Part shown: in pieces, positions 1 through 9,872 of the stretch | How positions within the stretch are numbered: position 1 is the first letter of the stretch | Layout: each line of letters opens with the position of its first letter | Source of the DNA: an uncultured Holosporaceae bacterium | GTDB lineage: Bacteria > Pseudomonadota > Alphaproteobacteria > RUG11792 | Direction of reading: 5' to 3' | Length of the DNA: 38,852 nt | Assembly (NCBI GenBank): GCA_947285985.1 | Contig: CAMYPB010000001.1 | Coordinates: 1 to 38,852, forward strand | Position numbers and translations under genes: made by a program | The notes under the pieces: generated by a model | Database searches by the model: none | The model's input: only the letters and a program-made list of their open reading frames with translations | What the model was told of the DNA's origin: nothing

Positions 1-60
1 GTATTGTGACAGAATAATCTCCAACATGGTGTGGATCAGTATGTCCATAAAAAACAAAAA

Positions 61-98
61 ACCCGGGTACTCAAAAAAGAATACCTGGGTTTTTTTTA
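61..98. terminator. Bidirectional rho-independent terminator downstream of the ankyrin-like gene
   Basis: 9-bp stem ACCCGGGTA (61-69) / TACCTGGGT (82-90) with one G-U pair. An A-run lies upstream and T8 downstream, so it is U-tailed on both strands. Confidence 0.6.
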
Positions 99-123
99 TT
101 GGTTTATATTTGAGATGTGAGGA

Positions 124-702
124 TTATGCTAGGAATTTAGCGACCTCCTCATATGTGTCATTCGAGAAAGAGACTATCTTACCATCTACATAGTCCATCA
201 ATTCTTGAAAAGCCCTCCCAAATATACTTTTTCCATTTTCATAAGCCAAACGTATAGAAGTATTTAATTGGCCTCTCTCTTTCATTTGGGAAATGACTAT
301 CTCAATGATACCCTTGCGATCAAATCCAAGGTGATTGTTTAATAAAAGTTGCAAAGGACTCTCTCCAAGGTGGTTATTCATTGTGAGTATATTATTTCTT
401 TGATACAATACTATATCCTTATTGAGAACCATCAGTGCTTCTATTATTTCTTCCCTATTCGGAACATCATTTTTCAAGAAGAATGTGAGAGGAGTTTCAC
501 CATTGGACATTATAAAATTGAAGTTTCTATTCTTCAAAGCCTCGTAATTAACAGGATGTCCTGCGACGTTATAGACCATTCTGAAAATTGCAGGTACATC
601 AACACGGCCTGCTATTCGAGGATTATTCACATTATTATACGCTTCAACATTCCCCGCAAACAATCCTGCGAATAAACTCAATAAAACTAAACTCTTTTTC
701 AT
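124..702 (-). CDS. Secreted hypothetical protein with degenerate ankyrin-like repeats
   Basis: 192-aa ORF with a Sec-type signal peptide (MKKSLVLLSLFAGLFAGNVEA). Two ankyrin-like units are visible (NGETPLTFFLKN.., LGESPLQLLLNN..). The product call is tentative. Confidence 0.55.
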   Translation of the reverse strand: MKKSLVLLSLFAGLFAGNVEAYNNVNNPRIAGRVDVPAIFRMVYNVAGHPVNYEALKNRNFNFIMSNGETPLTFFLKNDVPNREEIIEALMVLNKDIVLYQRNNILTMNNHLGESPLQLLLNNHLGFDRKGIIEIVISQMKERGQLNTSIRLAYENGKSIFGRAFQELMDYVDGKIVSFSNDTYEEVAKFLA

Positions 703-868
703 TTTTAATACTCCAAAAATATGTAAAACTTAAGTATGAGATAAGTATATAACAATATTTCTATTGATCAACAATAAAATTATCAAAAATTACAAAAAGT
801 GATAATATATTTTTATAAATTATAGAAATAGGAAGTGTGTGGAATTTGTGTTATGAGATATAGTATAA

Positions 869-1948
<1,080 letters not shown>

Positions 1949-1967
1949 ATTATTAATGGTATTTTAA

Positions 1968-2276
1968 ATGGAAGTTTTGTTATACGCGATTGCGAAATTT
2001 TTGATATCGATTATTGAGTGGTTGGAATATGCTTTGATGGCCTATATTATATTGGGTTGGGTTGTTTTTTTTGGTCTCATCAAGAACAATAATAGCATTA
2101 TCCTAAAAATTTATGTTTTCCTACTTTCCAAAATAGAGCCCGTTCTCTCGAGGATACGTCGATTTCTTCCTCCTCTTTTTGGATTTGATTTTTCTCCGAT
2201 GGTTATATTTTTTGGGTTATACCTCGTGAAGATTGTGATTATTCAGGTTGTGTATTCGATCTTTAACAATGGATAA
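1968..2276 (+). CDS. YggT-family membrane protein
   Basis: 102-aa hydrophobic protein with a YggT-like pattern (ILGWVVFF..., RFLPPLFGFDFSPMV). Confidence 0.8.
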   Translation: MEVLLYAIAKFLISIIEWLEYALMAYIILGWVVFFGLIKNNNSIILKIYVFLLSKIEPVLSRIRRFLPPLFGFDFSPMVIFFGLYLVKIVIIQVVYSIFNNG

Positions 2277-2285
2277 TGATTTTTT

Positions 2286-3173
2286 ATGATATTGGACAAT
2301 AATAATAACAATGATTTGGATAATGATTTCAATCTGACGATACGGCAGGTTATTGAGAAATATGGACTCCTTCATGATAGGAAGCATTCAAAATCATTGG
2401 GACAACATTTTTTGTGTGATAGATCGCTTTTAAATAAAATTGTTTCATTTGCAACTCCTTTTGGGAAAGATGATCTCATTGTTGAGGTGGGTCCTGGTCC
2501 TCTCGGACTCACGCGTTCTATCATAGAGATGACATCATCATTTATGAATGAGATTATATGTATTGAGAAGGATATCTCTCTAAAACCCCTCCATGACAAT
2601 ATACTGAAATTTTTGGGGTCGAGTAGATTGTCTTTTATGTATGGTGATGCTTTGAGGGTCAGATTATGCGATATAGCGATGGATAGGAGGATAACGATTA
2701 TATCGAATCTTCCGTATAATGTTGGAACACAACTCTTTTTAAATTGGATGATTTTCGATATAAAAATTATCGATAAAATGATACTCATGTTTCAAAGGGA
2801 GGTTGCAGATAGAATCTGTGCGGATATTGGATCGAAGGATTATGGGAGACTTTCTGTTATATCTCAGGTTTTGTGTGATGTACATAAAATTTTCGATATT
2901 TCAAATATGGCTTTTTTCCCCGCTCCAAAAGTTATGTCATCCGTCATACGCGTTATTCCAAAGAAGGATATCAACATAAATATCAAGAAACTAGAAAAAA
3001 TAACAGGGATCTGTTTTCAACAGCGTCGAAAAACTATATTTTCGATCCTAAAGAAACATGTTGATCAGGGTATACTAGAAGATACCCTCGAAAAGACGGG
3101 TATCGATAAATTATATCGTCCTGAAAATATTAGTCCAAAACAATATATCGAATTATCAGAGATTTTATTTTAA
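2286..3173 (+). CDS. rsmA: 16S rRNA (adenine1518/1519-N6)-dimethyltransferase RsmA/KsgA
   Basis: Motifs KSLGQHFL, SAM-binding VEVGPGPLGLT, and ISNLPYNVGT. It has an Asn/Asp-rich N-terminal extension. Confidence 0.93.
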   Translation: MILDNNNNNDLDNDFNLTIRQVIEKYGLLHDRKHSKSLGQHFLCDRSLLNKIVSFATPFGKDDLIVEVGPGPLGLTRSIIEMTSSFMNEIICIEKDISLKPLHDNILKFLGSSRLSFMYGDALRVRLCDIAMDRRITIISNLPYNVGTQLFLNWMIFDIKIIDKMILMFQREVADRICADIGSKDYGRLSVISQVLCDVHKIFDISNMAFFPAPKVMSSVIRVIPKKDININIKKLEKITGICFQQRRKTIFSILKKHVDQGILEDTLEKTGIDKLYRPENISPKQYIELSEILF

Positions 3174-3181
3174 AAGCGAAT

Positions 3182-3219
3182 AAAAAAAGGATATTCATTT
3201 AAGAATATCCTTTTTTTTT
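3182..3219. terminator. Bidirectional terminator between convergent rsmA and rpsR
   Basis: Perfect 8-bp stem GGATATTC (3189-3196) / GAATATCC (3203-3210), flanked by A7 upstream and T9 downstream. Confidence 0.7.
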
Positions 3220-3240
3220 GAATATATAAATCACGAATGA

Positions 3241-3513
3241 TTAGTCTGCAATGAAAGGCATGAGGGCGAGGATACGCGCTCTTTTGATAGCCCTTGCGAT
3301 TTCACGTTGTCTTTTGATAGGCATCGAGCTAACGCGACTTGGAATAATTTTTCCACGTTCTGAAACGTATCTCGAGAGGAATCTAACGTCCTTATAATCA
3401 ACGTTTTGCAACTGATTTGATTCTCTATTTTCAACTTTTTGTTCGTTATTATTGTTGTTGTTCTGTTCTGCAACTTGATTTTCGTTCATAGTCATAATAT
3501 TGTTCTCCATCAT
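3241..3513 (-). CDS. rpsR: 30S ribosomal protein S18
   Basis: Contains [23 protein letters not shown]...[10 protein letters not shown]. An alternative start at 3495 (MTMNEN) is preceded by GGAGAA. The N-terminus contains an N6 run. Confidence 0.93.
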   Translation of the reverse strand: MMENNIMTMNENQVAEQNNNNNNEQKVENRESNQLQNVDYKDVRFLSRYVSERGKIIPSRVSSMPIKRQREIARAIKRARILALMPFIAD

Positions 3514-3532
3514 AAATCCCTATAAAAGATTC

Positions 3533-3886
3533 TTATTCCTGCTTTGTGGCGACAGACTCTTTGAAGTTTCTCTTCATCAAGGCGGAAGGATTGTTGTCTA
3601 ATTTTTCAACCTTCACGATCAAGAAACGAAGGATATCCTCGTTGATTCTGAGTTTTCTCTCGAGTTCGATAACTCCATTTCCTTCTGATGCGATGTTCAA
3701 CAGAACATAATGTCCCCTCTTATTTTTTTTGATAGGATACGCAAGATTTCTGAGTCCACAAAACTCAGTTTTCGTGATCTCCCCACCATGTTCCTTTATG
3801 ATGGATACACATTCCTGCGCAACGGATTCAACGTGACTTGCAGAAGCATCCTGCTTCACAATAAACACGACCTCATAAAAATTCAT
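3533..3886 (-). CDS. rpsF: 30S ribosomal protein S6
   Basis: N-terminus MNFYEVVFIVKQD... and the length are typical of S6. It lies directly upstream of rpsR. Confidence 0.93.
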   Translation of the reverse strand: MNFYEVVFIVKQDASASHVESVAQECVSIIKEHGGEITKTEFCGLRNLAYPIKKNKRGHYVLLNIASEGNGVIELERKLRINEDILRFLIVKVEKLDNNPSALMKRNFKESVATKQE

Positions 3887-3980
3887 AAATTTCTTCTCCT
3901 TACGGTTGTATTGTTAATAAAAAAAAACCTAACAAACAGCTTTTCAAAAATATATCGAAAAGCAAGGCACTATCATGGAT

Positions 3981-4010
3981 ATTATACGATACTATATAAA
4001 ATCCTGTCAA
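3981..4010 (-). promoter_or_regulatory. Putative sigma70-type promoter of rpsF-rpsR
   Basis: The minus strand reads TTGACA (4010-4005), an 18-nt spacer, then TATAAT (3986-3981), about 90 nt upstream of the rpsF start. Confidence 0.5.
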
Positions 4011-4022
4011 TATCCTGTCAAT
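4001..4022. repeat. Exact tandem duplication of the 11-mer ATCCTGTCAAT
   Basis: ATCCTGTCAAT ATCCTGTCAAT is read directly from the sequence. On the minus strand this gives two TTGACA boxes 11 nt apart. Confidence 0.85.
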
Positions 4023-4105
4023 TGAGTTTTCGATATAAAAATTATTCTCTATTTTTAAAAACAGACTTGTATTTTTATGAGGTGTGATGTATGATAAAAA
4101 ATAGT

Positions 4106-4181
4106 TGGGGCATAGCCAAGCGGTAAGGCAACGGTTTTTGGTACCGTCATTCCCCAGGTTCGAATCCTGGTGCCCCAGCCA
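4106..4181 (+). tRNA. tRNA-Gln (anticodon UUG)
   Basis: A cloverleaf was folded by hand: acceptor TGGGGCA/TGCCCCA, anticodon stem ACGGT/ACCGT, loop TTTTGGT, T-arm CCAGG-TTCGAAT-CCTGG, encoded CCA. It is near-collinear with E. coli tRNA-Gln. Confidence 0.93.
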
Positions 4182-4313
4182 TCTCGTCACAAATTTTCTG
4201 AAACTTCTTGATAAAATTATAAAAAAAATACGAGAAATATTCCGCATTTTCTTGAGAATTTTTTTTTAGTAGGTTAGAATTTTATTAAAAGTTATTGTAT
4301 AAATGGAATAGAG

Positions 4314-4592
4314 ATGAATAAGTCAGAATTAGTTTCGGAAATATCTGAAATCTCAGGACTCACAAAAATAGACTCAGAAAAAGCGTTGGACGCTTTTATG
4401 AGGGTCGTTGAAAACGCGCTTTCTGAGGGTGATGAGATCAGACTCGTTGGATTTGGAACATTTTCTGTTGTTTCGAGATCTGCGACTATCGGACGAAATC
4501 CAAGGACAAATGAAGAGGTTCAAATTCCCGCAAGGAAGATGCCAAAATTTAAACCAGGACTCCAACTCAAAGAGTGTGTCAATAAAAAATAA
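4314..4592 (+). CDS. hup: HU-family DNA-binding protein
   Basis: Contains MNKSELV...RLVGFGTFSVVSRSATIGRNPRTNEEVQIPARKMPKFKPG, the classic HU/IHF arm. Confidence 0.93.
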   Translation: MNKSELVSEISEISGLTKIDSEKALDAFMRVVENALSEGDEIRLVGFGTFSVVSRSATIGRNPRTNEEVQIPARKMPKFKPGLQLKECVNKK

Positions 4593-4599
4593 AAAATTC

Positions 4600-4890
4600 C
4601 TAGTATAATGAATCCAGGTTTATTTTATTATCCAGGACTAATATCGTTTTTCTTCTCGATTTTAGTCCATTTTTTATGGATATCAAAGATTTTGCAACTC
4701 CCAATTTTTTCGAGAGAAATTTTATGAGGGATTCATTGGCCTCATTGTCCTTCGGTTTTGAGTGAATCGAAATCTTTAGAACGTCATTTCCGTTTTCATC
4801 CTCAAAAATCCCGAGGATTTCCTCACGTTTTGCAGATGGGATGAGTTTTATATTTATCTCTATGGAGTCTCCCGTTTTTTTATAGAACAT
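4600..4890 (-). CDS. DUF167 (YggU) family protein
   Basis: Contains IKLIPSAKREEI...ISIHSKPKDNEANESLIKFLSKKLGVAKSLISIKNGLKSRRK. The start at 4890 (MFYKK) is chosen so that overlap with pgpA is only 11 nt. The track ORF extends to 4947. Confidence 0.8.
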   Translation of the reverse strand: MFYKKTGDSIEINIKLIPSAKREEILGIFEDENGNDVLKISIHSKPKDNEANESLIKFLSKKLGVAKSLISIKNGLKSRRKTILVLDNKINLDSLY

Positions 4891-5410
4891 GATTATAGAT
4901 CCAATACAATGTATATAACTCGAGGAGAGTTGCAATAATCGATGCAACTATATCATCGATCATTATTCCAAAGGATGCTGTCATTTTGTATTTCTTGAAA
5001 TAATTGTCGATATACCTAATTGGAAAGGGCTTGATTATATCGAAGATCCGAAAGAATATCAGATTGAGGATCATTGATATTATGGACAATTTACCACAAT
5101 ATTTAAGGATTGCGCACCCCAAAAAAATCCCACACGCCTCATCAATAACGATATACCCAGGATCCCGATTTTTTTCAGCCTCACAAACGAAGATGTATAT
5201 ATGACTCGATATAATCCCCAATATAAAAAGAAAAATGGAGAGGATATGATATGGAATGTCATATTTTGTGAGGTATAAGACAATACATAAAATTGACGCA
5301 AATATCGATCCAATAGTTCCAGGACATCTCTTTGAGATGAGTCCCGTCATGAAGAACGTCGATATGAAGAGTGTTATGTTTCGACTATACTTTCTTCCAA
5401 GTTGTTCCAT
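4880..5410 (-). CDS. pgpA: Phosphatidylglycerophosphatase A
   Basis: Motifs PGTIGS, DPGYIVIDEACG, RIFDIIKPFPIRYID and GIMIDDIVASI are collinear with E. coli PgpA. Confidence 0.85.
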   Translation of the reverse strand: MEQLGRKYSRNITLFISTFFMTGLISKRCPGTIGSIFASILCIVLYLTKYDIPYHILSIFLFILGIISSHIYIFVCEAEKNRDPGYIVIDEACGIFLGCAILKYCGKLSIISMILNLIFFRIFDIIKPFPIRYIDNYFKKYKMTASFGIMIDDIVASIIATLLELYTLYWIYNHVL

Positions 5411-6761
5411 TTTTCGTGTCTTCTATTGTGATACCTTTCGATAACAATTCATTTCGTATTTTATCTGCATTTTCATAATCTTTATTTTGTTTTGCAACAA
5501 TTCTCTCATTTATTTTGGATTCTATCCAATTTTTCAAATTCTCATCGACATCGCAAAACCACTCTTTTGGATCGATCGTCATGAGTCCCAAAAGTTTTCG
5601 AGCTGTATTTACGAGGATTGTTGATTTATAATTTCTTTCATTTTCATCATTATCATTTGATTTGTTGATATCGTCGACTAGACTATGAATTATGGAGATT
5701 GCCTTTGGAGTATTCATATTGTCGAGGAGACATTCCAAAACGTCATTTGATATAATCTCGCTTTGTGTATCAATTTTTGAGGGGAGAATCGCGCGATACC
5801 ATTTATCGAGTATATTTTTCGATTGATTGAGGGACTCTATACTAAAATTCATAGGGGACGCAAAATGAGTCATGAGGAATGTCAGACGTATGACTTCTCC
5901 ATTGAATTTGTCTAAAATATCTCGGACTGTGAAGAAATTTCCAAGTGATTTCGACATTTTAACTCCGTTTATATTGAGATGTCCGTTATGTATCCAATAT
6001 TTCGCCATGGATTTCCCATTTCCTATCGCACACGATTGGGCGATCTCATTTTCATGGTGTGGGAAGACGAGATCGATTCCCCCCCCATGTATATCGAAGA
6101 ATTGCCCGAGATATCTCAATGACATAGCGGAACATTCAATGTGCCATCCCGGACGTCCCATTCCCCACGGACTTTCCCATCCGATCTTGAAATCATCGTC
6201 TATCGGCTTCCACAATACGAAATCGAGTGGATTTTTTTTGTTGTCTGAAATTTCAATACGCGCTCCACTCATGAGTTCATCCATATTCTTCTTCGATAAT
6301 GATCCATAATTTTTGAAGGACGAAACATCAAAATAAACATGATTATTCGAGATATAAGCATTTTTATTTTGTATGAGATTTTCTATAACATTTATCATAT
6401 CTTTTATATGATCTGTTGCTTTTGGTTCGATATCGGGAGGAAGAACGTTGAGTTCGTCCATATCCTCGTGATACATCCTGATCGTTTCATCCGTCAATTC
6501 TTTGATACTAATATTTTTTTCTATTGCTCTTTTATAGATTTTGTCATCGACATCCGTTATATTTCTGACGTACGTTACTTTTGGGTATAATACTCTAAGG
6601 ATTCTATAGAGTATATCGAAGACAACAGCAGGACGCGCATTTCCGAGGTGTGCTCTATCATAGACCGTTGGTCCGCAAACATACATCCTAACGTTTTTGG
6701 GATCAATTGGCTCGAAAATTTCAATACTATTCGATAATGTGTTGTATAACTTCAATTTCAT
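5385..6761 (-). CDS. cysS: Cysteine--tRNA ligase
   Basis: Motifs CGPTVYDRAHLGNARP (HIGH) and KMSKSLGN, in a 458-aa full-length class I aaRS. Confidence 0.96.
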   Translation of the reverse strand: MKLKLYNTLSNSIEIFEPIDPKNVRMYVCGPTVYDRAHLGNARPAVVFDILYRILRVLYPKVTYVRNITDVDDKIYKRAIEKNISIKELTDETIRMYHEDMDELNVLPPDIEPKATDHIKDMINVIENLIQNKNAYISNNHVYFDVSSFKNYGSLSKKNMDELMSGARIEISDNKKNPLDFVLWKPIDDDFKIGWESPWGMGRPGWHIECSAMSLRYLGQFFDIHGGGIDLVFPHHENEIAQSCAIGNGKSMAKYWIHNGHLNINGVKMSKSLGNFFTVRDILDKFNGEVIRLTFLMTHFASPMNFSIESLNQSKNILDKWYRAILPSKIDTQSEIISNDVLECLLDNMNTPKAISIIHSLVDDINKSNDNDENERNYKSTILVNTARKLLGLMTIDPKEWFCDVDENLKNWIESKINERIVAKQNKDYENADKIRNELLSKGITIEDTKNGTTWKKV

Positions 6762-6798
6762 GATAGAGCTCCTTATTATTTAAAAATCGATTAAAACT

Positions 6799-7344
6799 TT
6801 AGTTCTTCTTTGAAACTCCAACGAGAGATGGACGAAGGAGTCTTCCTTTGATCGTGAATCCGTCTTGAATAACTTCCATAACAATCCCAGAATCTTTATC
6901 ATCCGTTGGGATTTCAAGGATAGCCTGATGAAGATTTGGATCGAAAGGTTTATTTTTTGACTCTATCTCCAAAATTCCGTGATTTCCGAGTGTTTTGTCC
7001 ATATCTGAGAGAGTCAGTTTTATACCATCAACAATCGATTCAACATTCTCAGGATTGAAATTTTTAAGGGCGAGCTTTAGATTATCTCGAATAGAGAGGA
7101 TATCCTTCGCAAACGAAGATATACAATATTTCAAAATATCATCCTTCTCTTTTTCAGCCCTCTTTTGAATATTTTGAGATTCTGCGAGGGAACGGAGTAG
7201 TCTATCCTCGAGATCCTTTATACTATTCTTCAATGTCTCTATTTCATTTTTATCATTATTTCCAGTATTCTGATCATTTGTATTGTCTTCTATATGATCA
7301 TTCTGGCTTTCTATACCATTCAATTCTTTTTCATTATTATTCAT
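6799..7344 (-). CDS. grpE: Nucleotide exchange factor GrpE
   Basis: Contains LRSLAESQNIQKRAEKE... and C-terminal GFTIKGRLLRPSLVGVSK. The start at 7344 (MNNNEKE) is preferred. The track ORF reaches 7443, but that extension looks non-coding. Confidence 0.9.
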   Translation of the reverse strand: MNNNEKELNGIESQNDHIEDNTNDQNTGNNDKNEIETLKNSIKDLEDRLLRSLAESQNIQKRAEKEKDDILKYCISSFAKDILSIRDNLKLALKNFNPENVESIVDGIKLTLSDMDKTLGNHGILEIESKNKPFDPNLHQAILEIPTDDKDSGIVMEVIQDGFTIKGRLLRPSLVGVSKKN

Positions 7345-7485
7345 AATATCTATACCAAACAAAATTCTAACATACGAGTTATTATAGCACAAAATCAATA
7401 TATTTTTCGCTATGATATATTTTGAGCATGGTATATGATTCATCTTGTGATATTTTTTTGCATTCAGAAAATTTTTGAAAAATTT

Positions 7486-8388
7486 ATGGAAAATAACAAC
7501 AATTCAAACGAAAAGTCATACAATCTTTCGAGAATCGATAGACTCATCAAAAAAAGATACGGGAAGAATATTCCTCAATCCATCATAGAAAAGGCGATTC
7601 GAAACAAAGATATAACGATAGATAATCAAAAAATAAAATCTTCCATGCTCGTTTTGGACGATGTTGAGATTTTTATACATCCAAATATTCTCAGGAAATT
7701 CGAAGAATTTTCGATGGAAGATAACAATAAAAAAATCATAAAAATAGATGAAAAAAGTATTGCTCGAGAATTTGCGAATTATATTATTTTTGAGGACGAA
7801 AATTTCGTTGCGATCAACAAACCATCGGGAATCGCCGTTCAAATGGGAACGGGTATGAATATTTCGATCGATGTTATGGCGAGGTATTATAATAAAAATC
7901 TGAGTCTTCTTCATAGAATAGATCGTGAGACGAGTGGTATAACATTGTTGTCGAAGAATATAGAAACCTCTAGATACATGCTTGATCTTTTTAGATCGAA
8001 GAATATACATAAGAAATACATAGCTATTCTATCGAATATACCTCGGAGAGAAAGTGGACGTATTTCAAAGCCCCTCTCGAAAATAAAGGAAAAAGTTGTT
8101 GTTGATTTCGAAAATGGAAAGGATTCTGTGACGGATTTTAAGATTTTGAAGAAAAATGATGATATTGGGATGTGTCTTGTTTCTATCTCTCCTCAAACCG
8201 GACGTACGCATCAAATAAGAGTCCATATGGATTCAATAGGATGTCCTGTTCTCGGGGATTCGAAGTATAACGGAAAAAAATATAAAAAATTGTGTCTCCA
8301 CGCATTTGAAATGAGTTTTCGTGATATAAATCATCATAATATATGTATTCGAGCAGATATTCCAGATTATTTCCCTATAAAATTGTAG
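7486..8388 (+). CDS. RluA-family 23S rRNA pseudouridine synthase (RluC/RluD-like)
   Basis: An S4-like N-terminus, the catalytic motif HRIDRETSGITLLSK, and GRTHQIRVHM. An alternative upstream start lies at 7435. Confidence 0.9.
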   Translation: MENNNNSNEKSYNLSRIDRLIKKRYGKNIPQSIIEKAIRNKDITIDNQKIKSSMLVLDDVEIFIHPNILRKFEEFSMEDNNKKIIKIDEKSIAREFANYIIFEDENFVAINKPSGIAVQMGTGMNISIDVMARYYNKNLSLLHRIDRETSGITLLSKNIETSRYMLDLFRSKNIHKKYIAILSNIPRRESGRISKPLSKIKEKVVVDFENGKDSVTDFKILKKNDDIGMCLVSISPQTGRTHQIRVHMDSIGCPVLGDSKYNGKKYKKLCLHAFEMSFRDINHHNICIRADIPDYFPIKL

Positions 8389-8508
8389 ATTAAACGTGAT
8401 GACAATGAAATGAATACATAATATCTTCATTTTTTATATTATTCTCAATATTATTGAAAATTTCATTGTTTTTCACCTAATATATTCGTTATTTTGTTTT
8501 GTTTTGTG

Positions 8509-8537
8509 TTGAATGTGTTGTAATTTTCTCTTAAAAT
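8509..8537 (+). promoter_or_regulatory. Putative promoter of rsmH-ftsL-ftsI
   Basis: TTGAAT (8509-8514), a 17-nt spacer, then TAAAAT (8532-8537), 45 nt upstream of rsmH. Confidence 0.4.
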
Positions 8538-8581
8538 TTACGTGAAAATCTCCGTAGTTATTATTTTTTGAAATTATTGTT

Positions 8582-9475
8582 ATGTCTCACATTCCTGTTT
8601 TGTCTCAAGAAGTTTTAGAATATATGAATATAAAGGATGGAGATAGAATAATAGATGCAACGTTTGGAGGGGGGGGGCACACATCACAAATCCTCGAGAA
8701 AGCGAGATGTTGTGTTGTTGGGATCGATCGGGATCCTGATGCGTATTATAGGGCCGTTCCGTTTGAAATAAAGTATAGCGGTCGATTTTCGTTCATAAAT
8801 GAACGATTTTCGAAGATCGGAGAAATTTTGTCGGAATACGAAAAATTTGATGCTGTCCTCTTTGATTTTGGATGCTCATCATTTCAACTCGATTCAAATG
8901 AGAGAGGATTTTCATTTATGCACGATGCACCCCTCGATATGAGGATGTCCCTCGATAATGATAATGATGATGAAAATTCGATCTCCGCAATGGACGTTGT
9001 GAATAGTTTCAATGAAAATGATATAGCGAATATTTTATATAATTATGGAGAGGAAACAAAATCACGTCAGATCGCATCGAAAATAATAACCGAAAGAAAG
9101 AAATATACAATTGAAACAACCTCACAGTTGAGGAGGATCATATACGATGTCTATGGTTTCGAAAGTTTTCATAAAAAATATTCGAAAATTGATGTATCAA
9201 CGAAAACATTCCAGGCGATCCGTATATTCGTGAATGATGAACTTCGAGAGATAGATAGTGCTCTAAACTCCGTTTTAAACGTTTTGAATAAAAATTCGAG
9301 AATATTGACGATATCTTTCCATTCCTTGGAGGATAGGATCGTGAAGATATGGCAGAAGAATAATTGTGAGAGAATAAAATATGTCGTTCCCCATATTATC
9401 AAACCTTCTGAAAATGAAATAAAAATGAATCCTCGTTCTCGTTCCGCAATTCTTCGGGTTTTTTCGTATGAATAA
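8582..9475 (+). CDS. rsmH: 16S rRNA (cytosine1402-N4)-methyltransferase RsmH/MraW
   Basis: Motifs HIPVLSQEVLEY, DATFGGGGHT and SFHSLEDRIVK. Confidence 0.95.
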   Translation: MSHIPVLSQEVLEYMNIKDGDRIIDATFGGGGHTSQILEKARCCVVGIDRDPDAYYRAVPFEIKYSGRFSFINERFSKIGEILSEYEKFDAVLFDFGCSSFQLDSNERGFSFMHDAPLDMRMSLDNDNDDENSISAMDVVNSFNENDIANILYNYGEETKSRQIASKIITERKKYTIETTSQLRRIIYDVYGFESFHKKYSKIDVSTKTFQAIRIFVNDELREIDSALNSVLNVLNKNSRILTISFHSLEDRIVKIWQKNNCERIKYVVPHIIKPSENEIKMNPRSRSAILRVFSYE

Positions 9476-9872
9476 GATCGTCATTTTTCTCATAGTTTTC
9501 TTGATAGTCGTTGGAATCGGAGTTTCGAGAGTGAAATACGAAGTCGTCTTCCTTCGAAAAAATCTCAAGCATATGATAAATGAAACAGAACAGTGTCTCG
9601 ATGATATAAAAATTCTTGGAGCAGAGTGGAGTTATTTGAATAATCCTGATAGACTCAAAAAATTGTCTGAAAAATACATCCCAGATATGAAACCTATAGA
9701 AAATAATCAAATAATGAGGTATAACAAAATTATGGGGAGTAGTGATATTGTTTTTCAAGAACACAATTCTTTGGGATCTTTGATTGATGAGGCCCTTGAC
9801 TCTGATATGAAAGATTCTTCGAAAAATCAAACGAAAAACAATTCTGTGAATAAAAAGGGAGGGAAAAAGTGA
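9468..9872 (+). CDS. ftsL: Cell division protein FtsL
   Basis: A small bitopic protein with one N-terminal TM helix and the motif GAEWSYLNNPDRLKKLSEKY. It sits between rsmH and ftsI with 8-nt and 4-nt overlaps. Confidence 0.75.
   Translation: MNKIVIFLIVFLIVVGIGVSRVKYEVVFLRKNLKHMINETEQCLDDIKILGAEWSYLNNPDRLKKLSEKYIPDMKPIENNQIMRYNKIMGSSDIVFQEHNSLGSLIDEALDSDMKDSSKNQTKNNSVNKKGGKK

Noticed and set aside
30-38. DnaA-box-like TGTGGATCA (also TTATCCACG inside ftsI) as a hint of oriC
   Set aside because: These are single imperfect boxes, one of them inside a CDS. There is no cluster and no AT-rich unwinding-element context.
1-60. Partial coding sequence at the left edge: either a plus-strand gene ending at TAA 15-17 or a minus-strand gene starting at ATG ~46
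   Set aside because: It is too short to identify or even to orient, so it is not reported as a feature.
3900-4247. 115-aa minus-strand ORF
   Set aside because: It runs straight through the tRNA-Gln gene and the rpsF promoter region, so it is spurious.
5872-6309. Long antisense ORFs opposite conserved genes. This one is 145 aa opposite cysS. Others are 2372-2788, 7516-8010, 9399-9830, 22134-22542, 349-675, 33601-33987 and 36133-36517.
   Set aside because: Each lies wholly inside a confidently identified gene on the other strand. They have no SD, and their composition is low-complexity or hydrophobic, typical of antisense frames. There is no independent support.
8389-8581. Possible mraZ remnant upstream of rsmH
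   Set aside because: The spacer is only 193 nt, no frame has an ORF or an MraZ-like peptide, and it looks like plain promoter DNA.
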